Source: Blastocladiella emersonii ATCC 22665
Lineage: Eukaryota; Fungi; Blastocladiomycota
DNA: 64,000 nt
Reading direction: 5' to 3'
Assembly: GCA_025594325.1 (NCBI GenBank)
Contig: JANHCV010000003.1
Location: 2,578,355 to 2,642,354 of the forward strand
Part shown: one piece after another, positions 21,846 to 33,176 of the stretch
Position numbering within the stretch: position 1 is the first letter of the stretch
Layout of the letters: each line of letters starts with the position of its first letter
Notes under the pieces: model-generated
Told to the model about the DNA's origin: nothing
Seen by the model: the letters and a program-made list of their open reading frames with translations, nothing else
The model's database searches: none
Translations under genes and position numbers: made by a program

Positions 21846-23534
21846 ATGGCGGCACCAGCACCCTCATCATCACCCACCTCCGCACCGCTCCTCGCGAGCG
21901 CCGACGACGGCGCGCCGCTCGCGGGCCTGTTCCCGGCGCAGCCCGACGGCGGCGTCCCCGTCACGGCGCTGTGTCTCGCGACCGGATCGCCGGATACCGC
22001 CGTCGCGTGCCCGGCCGACCCGCGCTACGAGCGCCAGCTCGCAGAGTGCCAGCGCGCCAAGTGCGCCGCCGCCTTCAGCAACATCAACGGCGCCGCGATC
22101 CCGACTGGTCAGCCGTTTGCGCTGCAGCGGTTCCTTGAAGGTACTTCGCGCTCTCGCTTGCCTCGGCGATGCGTCGTGTCTGACCCAAACGCGCGTGCTG
22201 TAGCGGCGACAACGCTCGAAGAGTGCTCGCTGGAACGGTGCCGCGCCGAGTTCTGGGCTGCCTCGAGCACGCTGTGCGTCCCGCTCGACAACGACCCGCT
22301 CGCCAGCAAGCGCGCGTACCTGTCGCGGCTGCCCGATGGCGCCAACGCGACCGTCTTCGGCCCGGCGTTCGGCCGCCACCTCGCCGCGCGCAAGGGGCTC
22401 GCGCACGCGCAGGCCGAGTTCCCGCAGTGGGCGCCCTCCAACGCGACAACTGCCGAGTCTGGCACGGCCCCACCACCGAGCACCCTTGGCGTGTGCGCGC
22501 CGACGCTCCCGCTCGGCTGGCCGTGCTCGGCGCGCGCCGTCGAGGCCGTTGGCGTCCCGGTCGACCCGTGGAAGCTGCCGGACGCGGGCGAGTCGGCGCG
22601 CCCGCCCAAGGCGTTCCTCGCGACGCAGGTCATGGCCGAGAACCCGGCGTTCGCGGCGTCGGGCGCCGCGCGCACCGCCAACGCGTCGGACCCGGCGCCG
22701 CCGTTCCTCCTGCGCTCGCGCGCCGCGCCGAGCGACGGCGGCGAGGCGTCCAGCGCGCTGCTCATCTCGGCCAACCTGTACTCGCTCTCGTACTGCGACG
22801 CGGCGACCGCCACGCTCGTGCCGTCGCTCGGACTGCGCGAGACGTGCACGTCGTCGGCGCAGTGCCGGTTCGGGATCTGCAGCTACCGCGGGTCCGCCGG
22901 CGCGTGCGCGTCCGGGATCAAGACCATCGGGTCGACGTACCTCGGGAACAACGCGACCGTCGCAGCGCAGACCCAGCAGATGACGGCGGCCGGCGCCGCG
23001 CCCATGGGTGCGTGGATGATCGTGCAGCAGGTCCTCGCCTTTGTCCTCCTCCTCGCCCTCGTCGTTTACTCGGTCCGGCTCAACGCCGATCGGCTCGGAC
23101 TCAGGCGCGGCACGATTCCGCGCCGACTCGCCCAGTTCTGGGTCGGCAAGGACCGCACCACGACGCAGCGAGAGATCACGCTCCGACCCGCGGATACCCG
23201 CATGCTCGACCCGATCCGCCGCAACGCCCTCGGCGGCGGGACCTCGGGCGACGCGCTCCCGCGGTACACGCCCGTCCCGCCCGGCGAGACGCCTGTCGTC
23301 GCCGCCCGCGTTATGTCCCCGCCCCCACCGCTGTTCACGAGCACCGCTAGTATCGCGTCGCCGGCAGCAGCACCCGCGGGACCGTCCCGGTTCCTCTCAA
23401 GCTTGCGAAGGGACACGACGGCCGAGATCGACCTGGCGACGGTGCGGCCCGCACAGGCCGACGCGAGTCTCGATGCGCCGCTGTCGCCTGGGCCGGGTCC
23501 CGCGGCGGGAGCAGAGGCAGGGCGGAGTCCCTGA
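21846..23534 (+). CDS. Single-pass membrane protein with Cys-rich ectodomain; probable in-frame 63-nt intron 22141-22203
   Basis: Many spaced Cys (e.g. LRETCTSSAQCRFGICS) and TM WMIVQQVLAFVLLLALVVYSV, followed by LPRYTP. The intron candidate has GTAC...CTGAC...GTAG. Confidence 0.7.
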   Translation: MAAPAPSSSPTSAPLLASADDGAPLAGLFPAQPDGGVPVTALCLATGSPDTAVACPADPRYERQLAECQRAKCAAAFSNINGAAIPTGQPFALQRFLEGTSRSRLPRRCVVSDPNARAVAATTLEECSLERCRAEFWAASSTLCVPLDNDPLASKRAYLSRLPDGANATVFGPAFGRHLAARKGLAHAQAEFPQWAPSNATTAESGTAPPPSTLGVCAPTLPLGWPCSARAVEAVGVPVDPWKLPDAGESARPPKAFLATQVMAENPAFAASGAARTANASDPAPPFLLRSRAAPSDGGEASSALLISANLYSLSYCDAATATLVPSLGLRETCTSSAQCRFGICSYRGSAGACASGIKTIGSTYLGNNATVAAQTQQMTAAGAAPMGAWMIVQQVLAFVLLLALVVYSVRLNADRLGLRRGTIPRRLAQFWVGKDRTTTQREITLRPADTRMLDPIRRNALGGGTSGDALPRYTPVPPGETPVVAARVMSPPPPLFTSTASIASPAAAPAGPSRFLSSLRRDTTAEIDLATVRPAQADASLDAPLSPGPGPAAGAEAGRSP

Positions 23535-23593
23535 TGTGTTGTACAGCAGTTTTGTTACCCCATTGCACTCCATTGCAAAGCAACCATACCGAT

Positions 23594-24843
23594 TCAAAGG
23601 TCGCCAAACAGGTCGTCGATCTCGTCGCGCGGCGCGGACGGTTTCGCCTTGGACTTTTTGCTCTTCTTGTCGTCGGCCTTGGCGGGTTTGGACTTGGACT
23701 TGGCCGGGGTGGCTGTAGTGGAAGCGGACTTGGGCTTGGCCGGTGTTGGGGTAGTGGGCGCGGACTTGGTCTTGGCCGGGGTGGGGGTAGCTGACGACGA
23801 CTTGGCCTTCTTGGCAGAGGGCGCGGCCGCGGGCGGCTGCTCAGCGACGCGCTTCTTGGTCTTCGGCTTGGCGGCGGCGGCCGGTGGTGGTGCGGGCTCG
23901 CCAAAGAAGGACGGGATCTCGAGGGCTGCTGCCGGGGCGGAAGCTGCTGCTGCTGGTGGTGGTGGCGGGTTCGAGGCCTCGTCGTCGTCGTCACTCTCAA
24001 CGGCCGCCTTGACAGCGGGTCGTGGCGCGGTGGCACGAGCGGTGCGGGCAACGACCTGGTCGCCGAGCGTGTCGAGCGAGTCGAGCTCGCCATCCACGTC
24101 GCCGGCGGGGTCGGCGAGCAGCTGGGCGGCCGCAGCGGGATCGCGCTGGATGATCTCGAGGCCAGCGTCGCCCGATGCGTCCGTAGTCGGACTAGAGAGC
24201 GCGAATCCGTGAGTCCAGCGCTGTATCACCCACAAGGCCCATAAACGCACAGTTCCATGGCCGCACGCGTGGCCTTGCTCGCGGTCAGCAATGGCGGCAG
24301 CCCCTCGATGGCCGCGGGCAGGGTAGGCCGTAGCCGCGCGTAGAGAGCCTCCATCTCCTTCTCAAAGTGCCCCGCGTACCGGTACACGCGGCTGACGAGG
24401 GCGACCATGATGGTGCAGAAGGCAATGTAGCGGTTGCACCCGATCTCGATGCACAGCATCTTGTACGCGGCCATGGCCGTGGTAGCAAGCGGGGCGACAA
24501 GCGCGTGCATCTTGGCCATCTCCTCGAGCAGCGTCTGGCACGCGGCGACCGACATGCCCTGCTCCTGCGCCGCAGCGGCCGCAAACGCGGCGTCAAGCTG
24601 GATGTGCTCCTTGACGCGGCGCAGCACGCGCACCACGGCGTGCAGCCGCTGCACGTGCGGCATGCGGCGCGTCGTGTAGTTGTACTTGTACAGCAGGCGC
24701 GCCAGCAGCCACAGCTCCTGGTGCAGCGGCACCGTGCTCAGCGACTTGGCGTGCGCCGCGAGCGCGCCGCGCGACACGGCCGTGATGCCGCCAGCTGCAG
24801 CGGAGGCCGTTGCGGCAGGTGAGGATCCATTGGATGACTTCAT
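23594..24843 (-). CDS. NEPRO/RMP1-like nucleolar protein (RNase MRP-associated N-terminal domain, Lys-rich tail); exons 24843-24251, 24191-23594
   Basis: QELWLLARLLYKYNYTTRR...LHAVVRVLRR...FCTIMVALVSRV pattern, Lys/Pro-rich tail ending EIDDLFGDL, intron 24192-24250. Confidence 0.65.
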
Positions 24844-25095
24844 GACTTGCGAGGTGGAGACCGTGGAAGCGCCGGCGGAGGTGCGAGACAAAAACCGAGC
24901 GATCGGCGTTGAGACATCTGTCACGCCGGCCCGCGTGACCTGTCGAGAGCGCGTTCCGTGACGCGTTTTCGCACGCGCGCGCGTGGGCCCACTCTGCAGG
25001 CCGCTTCTCCCACGGTCCCGCTCTCTCTGCCATCCGAGCGCCATCCCATGTAACGCCATCAAACTTGTTGCACACTTGCACACCCGCGCACCACC

Positions 25096-26335
25096 ATGGC
25101 CCAGCCAGCACCCGCGCCCGAACACTACGAGGACGAGTTTGACGCCGGGCTCCAGCACGCCCGCACCGCGTTCATGCACATGGTCCGTGCGAGGTGTTGC
25201 TTCAGCTCGGTTGAACCGCTGACGATGAAAGCGACGTAGCTCTCGGCCAAGGACCACGAGATCCTCGGGCTGCAGGAGGAGCTCGCGCGCAAGCACGCCG
25301 AGACCGAGGGTGCGCAAACTTCTACTATGCTTAGAGACGACTAAGCTGACTCTCTGTCCTTGTAGAGATGCGCCTACGCATCGCGCAGCTCGAGAACCAG
25401 GTCACGCAGTCGGACAAACGGATCGCCGAGATGGCCGCGGCCGTCCGCAAGCTGCACTCGTTCAAGCAGCAGGTGTTCGAGAGCTTCGTCGAGGAGGACT
25501 CGGTCATGACCGATCTCATGAAGAAGGCCGGCAACCTGAGCATCATCGAGGTCCGCTTCTTCGCACCCCGATCCCACCAGGATCGTACTAACGTTCGAGC
25601 TCGTGTAGGGCGACCAAACGGCCGCATCCGACTCGACCTTTGCGCACGACGCACCGTCCTTTGCCGTGTTCACTCCGAGCAGCGCGCCCGCAAGCCGGGT
25701 CGCCCGCCTGAGCGAGCCGCGCACCTCCATTGACCGAGCGCAGCGCCGCGCCATCTTTACCTCGCCCCGCTCTTCGGACCGCAAGGACCACTCGTCGCGC
25801 GGCCGCTCGACCTCGCCCACCTTCTCGCTCTCCCGCGTGTCGCCAACACCAACCGCCTCTCGAGGACGTGCACCGACCGGTGGCTACCGTGCTCACGTCT
25901 CGACCCACTCGCCGCCTCGCTCGCCCGTCTCCCAGGACTCGTCCCGCCTCGGCTCGACATCGGACGCCGCAACACGAGGACCCAACGTCAACGCTACGCA
26001 GCCGCCTCCCAAGGTGGTCGTCAACGGCCGCAGCTTCTTCTCGCGCGCCAAGCAGCTGCTGCCCTACGACAAGGTATGCGTCCCACCTCCGATACGGCGA
26101 TGACGGCCACTCACACGCCCCGCTTCGCTAGATGACGCGCGTCCTCGAGGTTGTCAAGGCCTACAACGCACGGCAGCAGTCGCGCCAGACCACCATGAGC
26201 GAGGCGCACGCTGTGTTCGGCATGTCGCACCCCGACCTGTTCCGCGAGTTTGAGCTCTTGTTCTCGGGCGAGAACGCCGTGTCCATCAAGGAGGACCACG
26301 GCACGGGCTCGGGCGCGACCGCGGTTCGGCGCTGA
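25096..26335 (+). CDS. At4g15545/NAIP-like coiled-coil protein with C-terminal PAH-like helical domain; exons 25096-25182, 25240-25309, 25366-25550, 25609-26073, 26132-26335 (~336 aa)
   Basis: Coiled coil ...VRKLHSFKQQVFESF, then VNGRSFFSRAKQLLPYDKMTRVLEVVKAYNARQQSRQTTMSEAHAVFGMSHPDLFREFELLF. Four phase-consistent introns. Confidence 0.7.
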
Positions 26336-26778
26336 TGGTCCTGCTGGGCTCTGGTCTCGAAAACTAAAAACTAAACTATTTATTTATGCGTTGCTGTGAC
26401 TCGGTCGAAAACGCTCGCTGCGGGCGCACGTGAGGTATGCGAGACGCGCCGCGCCACTCCCACTCACGTCCGAAAGCGGCGACGCGTCTCGAAACGTCTC
26501 CCGCGACGCGTCTCCACGTCTCTAGTTTTAGAGCCCGAGCCGGCGGTGGTCCAGGGCGGCCGCCCTCACTCAATGAAATGCACGTCGCGGGGCAACATCG
26601 AGTGCCGTTCCGTCGGAGCGCCCGCCGCGGCCCGCCGAGGCTGCTCCCGTCTCCTATCCTGCGAGCGGCGCTCGTGGAATGTGATCAGCGCAACAGCAGT
26701 ATGATCGGACGACTGGGAGGAAGACCCGATGCACTGGCGACCTACGCTACTACCACTCCCAGCAACGACTCCTCCGCC

Positions 26779-29700
26779 ATGTGCCGGACCGCACCCCGAC
26801 GTCCGCCGATCTGGCTATGGACCATCCTCCTCGTGATCTTCTTCCACCTCGCCGTCGCGGCGACCGTGACTGGCCAGTCCACTTCGCTGCCGCCCATCGT
26901 CTTTGGCGCCACGGGTGACTACAGCTCGCCGACGGCCAGCGTCTCCGAAACCTATCACGGCGGCATCAACGCTGCCTTCTTCGAGATCAACTCGGCCGGC
27001 GGGTATCTCGGCCGCAACCTCACGCTCGTCGTCAAAGATGACGGGTACGTGCCCGCCCGCGCCGCCGCCAACACGCGCGCGCTCATGGCCGAGAACAACC
27101 TCACGGCGCTGCTCGCGGCTTACGTACGCCTCCGCTCGCGTCCGCTTCAAGCAGGACTTTTGGCTGACGTGACGATTTTGTGTAGGGAACGTACGAGCGC
27201 TCAGTGGCCCGACACATCCGAGGTTTGTAGACTGACTTACCCCGCCTTCTACATGCGTAGCGCGGCCGTGACAGCGTCGCTTCCCGTTGCGCAGAACGCG
27301 TCCATGCCGATCCTGTTTCCCTTCACGGGCTCGACGGCGCTGCGCGTCCCCTTCAACCCGTGGCTCGTGCACATGATCGGCTCGTACCCGGACGAGATGC
27401 AGGCCATGCTCGACTACGCGCTCGGCACGCTCATGCACAACCGCATCGCCGTCGTATACCAGAACGACACCTTCGGCAAGCCGCCGGCCATGGACGCTGT
27501 GGCCGTCCTGACCCGGCTCGGCCTCCCGCCGCACTCGGTCAGCTCGGTTCAGGGCAACTCGGGCAACGTCACGGCGGCGCACGCGGCCATAGTCGGCCAG
27601 ACGCGGTATCCGCAGTCGGTCCTGTTCTTTGGACTCGCGCTCGAGGCTGGCCGTACGTTTCCATGCGTTGGTCATGCGTCCCACTCGCGACTGATTCCTC
27701 GAGACTGTAGTGCTGATCAAGAAGTACCGCGAGACGACGCCATTCCCGACGACCTTCATCCTCATGACCGTGGCCGACCTCGCCGTGATCCGGACCGTCA
27801 TCGGGCCCGGCGGCGACTTCTCCAACATTGTGGCGATCCGGTCCGTCCCCGACCCGGCCGACTCGAGCCTACGGATCGTGTACGCTTCATTCTCGCCGAT
27901 TTCACGCACCGGGCCGCACAGCTTACATGCGCTCGCTCACTCGTAGGCCACCCTTCACGGCAGCCATGATGCGGTACAACGCGACGCTCCCGCGCGACCA
28001 CTACTCGTTGCTCGGCTACATTGCGGGGCACACGATCATGCAGGCGCTGTCGCGGCACGACTCGCGGTATCCCGTCACGCCGACCTCGTTCCTCGACGTC
28101 ATCTACACGACGTCGACGTTCAACGTCAAGGGCATCGCCATCGGGCCCTACTCGCGCGGCATCGACGACGCGGGCGGCGCCGGCGCGTGTAACCAGGGCC
28201 TCCGCTCGGAATGGCTCGTCAAGGTCACGGCCACGGGCTGGGCGCCGCTCACGGGCACCTCGTCCACGTCCAGCTCCGTGTTCTCGTGGGGCCCCGCGTG
28301 CTTCTCGCCGTCGACCAAGATCCAGCGCCCGATCCTGTGGGTCCTCGGCACCAACGCGCTCGACGCGGACCCGCGAGCGGCACAGTTTGTTCTCGGTGCC
28401 CAGGCCGCGCTGCGGTACCAGAACGACGTACTCGGCGGCGTGCGTGGGATCAAGACGAACCTGATCGTCCCGACCGCCGAGAACACGGCCATCAGCAGCT
28501 TCGTCCGCCCTCCAGCCACGAGCGCGGCCGCCGCCGTGCTTGGCACCAACTCTTCGCTCGCGCGCGCCGTCTCGCTCGTGGACGAGTACATGGTGACGGG
28601 GATCCTCGGCATGTCGCTCTCCTCGCTCGGGTCCACGCCACTCGCGAGCTTCCTCGACGTGGTCGGGACGCACCCGGTCCTCGGCATGTTCGACGGCGAC
28701 CCGGCCTTCTTCACCGACTCGTCGATGCGCCAGCTCCTCCCGCAGCGCGCCGGGTACGACGTCGACGTGTTCGCGCTCCTCGACGAGCTTCTCATCAAGC
28801 GCAAGATCTCGCGCGTCGGGCTTCTGTGCATCACGCACGGTGGCGACGCGGCCGTGGTCCAGTCGTGCAGCGTGGCCGCGGGCGCGTTCGCGACCATGTC
28901 CACGCAGCCTGCGTTCACGGCTACTGTCTCGGCGCTGCCTACGGCGGCCGAGCTGGCGGCGATCATTGCCAACCCGCCGCTGCTCGACAACGAGGCGCTC
29001 AACACTCCGGTCCAGGCCGTCCTCCTCGTCTCGCACCGCGCCGACGACGTGGCCGCCGTCGCGTCTCTGCTGGTCGCGAGCGGAAACACGAAGCTCGTGC
29101 TCGCCGTCGGCACCTACGCCGGCCTGTCGACCGTGCAGCCGTCCGCCGTCGAGGTCCTGTACACCCGCAACACGCCGCCGCGGTCGGACACGGACGCGGC
29201 CAGCTTCTACGCCGCTGTGGACGCGGTCGCCGCGCTCGCGGGGCTCAGCAACGACACGATCAACGCCAACGGTTTTCTGCAGGGCTTCTTCGCGGGGCTC
29301 ATCGCGACGCAGGTACTCTACTCATTCCATCGATGATGTGGTCGCGCCGCTCACTCCCGCCTCGTGTAGGTATCAGGCTCGGTGTCGGATCCGTACGGCG
29401 GGTCGACGTTCCTGCGCGGCCTGTACCTCAGCCACGAGACGTACGCGCTCGGCCTGCACTTTGGGCCGTACCTCGACACGCCGACGTGCACGGGCGCGAG
29501 CTGCGCGTCGTGGTGCCGGCGCGGCCACTCGTCCGTGTACGTACAGTCGTCGAACGCATCAGCAGCCGACCAGCCGAGCCAGTACAGCTACACGGCGTGC
29601 GGCACGCCGGTCTCGGCCGCGCTGCGGGCGCACTACGATAAGTGCGACATCCGGCACAAGTACGGAAACAACATGTGGACCAACTTCCAGCGGCCGCTGC

Positions 29701-32040
29701 GGTTCAGCGTGGCCGGCGCCGTCCACTACTCGCTCTTCCTCGCGGCGTTTCTCGCGGCGACCGTGGTCAGCGGCGGGATCGCCCTACGTTCGCTGCGCGA
29801 GAAGAGTCGAACGAAGATCAAGGTCGGGTCGCATTCAGCGCCGCACATGACCATCACACTCGTCCGACCGTCACCCGCGAACCAGGTCGCGCTCGTGTCC
29901 ATCGCGACGGATGTGCTCGAGTACACGCATCTGTTCCTGGTACGCCTCGACCGTCGCGGGCGTGCTCGGTTCAAACTGACGTGATCCACGCACCATGTAG
30001 CCCGAACGAATTGCTTGGGTTGGCAATCTCGTCCACCTCGTGCTTCCGTTCAACAAGTCGACGAGCGTGCAGCCCAACAACTGGTTTGGCGTGGCCGTGT
30101 CGTCCGTGTGGCTCTTCTTCGCGGCCATCTTCCTCAACAAACGCACCTTCCTCAAGCTGCAGAAGGAAGCGCCCGTGATCCTGTCGGCTGGCGCCTTCTA
30201 CCTGCCGATCGGCGGCCACCTGCTCATCACGGCCGTGGTCCAGAACTTGCTCTCCGTGTTCGACGTCAGCTGCACCAACAACGAGTGCTTCCTGTCCGAA
30301 GACTGCGTCGGCACCGTCTGGAACACGCAGCACTGGGTCACCATCGCCTTTTCGACGGTCCTGCTGCTCACATACGCGCCCATGTACGCTGCTCCTCGCT
30401 GCCATGGGCGCTCCTGCGCTAACGGCGAAGATAATCGTGTAGGGTGATTCTCTACAGCCAGGTCTGGCAGCGGTTGCAGGGCCAGCTCGACATCATTGTG
30501 GCCGGCTGGATGAACGTCGGGTCGAACGTGTGCAAGGTCCTGCTCTGTGTTCTCGCGGTGTGCATGCCCAACCACCTCGTCAGCGTGCTCATGATCAACG
30601 TGGCCACCAACCTCGGCCTGATCGTCGCCGTGGCCAAGGTCAACCCGACGCGCGTCGTGTGGTACTCGTCTCCTGCCGATCAACGGCCGCGGCCTCGTAC
30701 TGACACGTCTCGCTCGCCCATAGGTACCCCATTGTCAAGACGACCGGCCTCCTGCTCTCGCTGTGGGCCGCGCTTGTCGGCCTGATCACGCGCTACTACA
30801 AGATCGAGGACCCGCTGTGGCCCGTCATCGCCATCACGGTGCTGTGGGTCGGGACGCTCGTCGGCGGCACGCTCTTCTTCCGCCGCCGACACGCGCTCAT
30901 GTTCCAGCCGATGCCGCACCGCGAGAACAAGGTCAGCCGACTCGTCAAGCTGTTCAAGACTGGGTATGTTGCTGGTGCATCGAGCGGCTTTGTTGGTGGT
31001 AGCAGTGGTGCTGGTGGTGGGGCACCACCGGCTGCGGGCGGCGGGGCCGATGCGCAGCAGAGGTCAAAGGCTGACCTGCCGCGTGGGTTTAGCGGGCCCA
31101 CGTCCGGGTTCACGTCTGAAAACTCGCTGAGTAACGGGTCCGAGGGTTTGTCGCGGGTACGTCAGGTCGAGTGGGCAGTAGTGCATCAAGAGCTCACCAC
31201 GTTTGAACTGTGTAGATTGCGCAGAACACGATCAACAAGTGGATCCTGACGCTCGAGCGGGCGGGCAACCTGACGACCGCCGAGGCGACGTGGCTGCTCG
31301 TCGACACGAGCCGCCCGACGGCCGGGATCGCGCGCGGGCTGTTTGAGGCGAGCGGCGACGATCCCGAGGCGTTTGCTGCGTTTTTGTGCCAGAAGCCCGT
31401 CCTCGAGATCATCCGCAAGCAGCTCGCCGTCGCCGCGGCAAAGCCTCGGCGCAGCACGCTCAACATCTTCGGCAGCGCAAACAACGTCGAGATGCGCCGC
31501 GCGCACAGCGGCGAGTCGGGCCGCAACGTTCCTGCCGGCGGCGACCGTCCCGCCCTCAGCGTCTCGACGGGCGTCGTCGCGTCGGCTGGCATGTCGACGG
31601 GCACTGGGTCACCTACGGGCGGTGGCACACGGTTCCTTGACCCGGCGATGCTCAGCGGACTCGGCGCGGGATCCGAGGCCATGCCGGTCAAGTCGTCGAC
31701 CCACCTGCGCGTGTCCGAACCGATCCCCATCAAAAACGGGGCCGGCGAGCGGATCCTGTTCCTGCGGACCATGGTCGAGGAGATCCCCGAGGAGCGAGAA
31801 GACCGCGAGGACGGGCAGAGCGGCGAGCTCGGCGGGGACAAGAAGAACGACGCGAGCCCGGCCGACGCCGAAGACGCGGTGGTCGAAACCAACAGTTTGC
31901 TCGACCCGGCTCACCTGCGCTCGACGCCGTCCAACAGCCGTCGGCCTTCGGTCCGGAGCGAGGGGACAGGCCCGTCGTCGCGGAGGAGCAGCTGGAGCAG
32001 CGACCAAGGCCGGCGCGGCTCGTACACTGGGGCGACGTGA
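26779..32040 (+). CDS. Large membrane receptor: signal peptide, two periplasmic-binding-protein type I (Venus-flytrap) domains, ~8-9 TM helices, cytosolic tail; exons 26779-27123, 27186-27190, 27261-27652, 27711-27879, 27947-29312, 29370-29822, 29886-29939, 30001-30383, 30443-30661, 30724-31156, 31216-32040 (~1547 aa)
   Basis: IVFGATGDYS...GGINAAFFEINSAGGYLGRNLTLVVKDDGYVPARAAANTRAL, RIAVVYQNDTFGK and SLLGYIAG match LivJ-like/Peripla_BP_6 proteins. A second lobe starts at RPILWVLG...GAQAALRYQNDVLGGVRG. All junctions are GT-AG and phase-consistent. Confidence 0.8.
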
Positions 32041-32359
32041 GGAGATGACAAATGCACTAGCTTAGGTTCTGATACGGCTCCAATCGCGGCCCTCCTCGCG
32101 GGATCACTCTCGATTCTCGTTGCAGGAGCTACAGGGGAGGTATTTGTGCAGGTTGTACGCGACGAAGGAGCAGCGATCGACGTCCGAGAACTTGATCGGC
32201 AGTGTACTCAGCAGCGGCGGGAGAGCCGAGGGACGCGTCGATTTATCATGTGATGGTGCGCGTGAGCTCGGCGCGGTGCGATCCCGAGCGACCGCTTTCC
32301 CTCTCCTCCCTCCGCTGCCGCCCATACTCGCATACACACCTCTGGCAACTAGCCACCCC

Positions 32360-33032
32360 ATGCAACTTGCTTCAACGACCATGTACTCGACGCCGCGCCC
32401 CTGGACCGCCGCCAAGGCGACGTCGCGGTCGCCCGTCTCGCCCGCGCTCGCGCACCTCGCCGGCACGACCGCAACCGCGAGCCCGGCCCTGCGCATCGAG
32501 GAAGTGCGCGCGATCCTCCGCGCGTGCCGCGACGCACCCACGCGCCCGCTCCCGGCGTCCCTCGTCGCCGCCACGTCGCCCAGTCCCGATGCCGCGGTCG
32601 AGGCGCCGTCCGACATCGCGGTACGGCGGCGATCCGCTCTGCCGTCGCCGGTGACGATACGATTCACTGACACTGAGGCCCGTGTAGCGGTATGCGCCCG
32701 ATCTCGCGCTTGACCTGCTCGTGCGCCGCGGCGAGGCCGGCCGCGCTGTGACGCTGGCGTGCAAGGTGCTCGACCCGCTGTCACACTCGACGGCCGCGAT
32801 CCCGTGGCCGCAGCTCGACGTGCTGCGCGCGTGGCTCGCCGCGGCCGCTGGCGTCGATGCGGACGACGTGTCGGTTGCCGGCCTCCTTGCGCGGGACGTG
32901 CACGGCGACATGAGTGGCAGCGACGGCGACGGCGAGGACGACGAGTCTGCGGACGTGCTCGCGGCCAAGGCGCTGCGGGACCTCGACCGAGCCATCACGG
33001 AGTACCCGCACACGGTCCGCGCCGCGGAATGA
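32360..33032 (+). CDS. Hypothetical protein (~201 aa); exons 32360-32620, 32688-33032
   Basis: Intron 32621-32687 (GTACGG...CTGAC...GTAG) joins two track ORFs in frame. GC3-rich codons, no recognised family. Confidence 0.5.
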
Positions 33033-33176
33033 GGAATACAGCGCTCATTGCACGTCTCAGAGTGAAACGCGGGAGACAGCATGACGGGGGGAAACGTTCT
33101 GGTTATCATCAAATCGACACGTCACGCAAAAAGCGGGGGAGAGGGAGGGAGAGGAAGAGGAGGAGAATCTCGTGGT

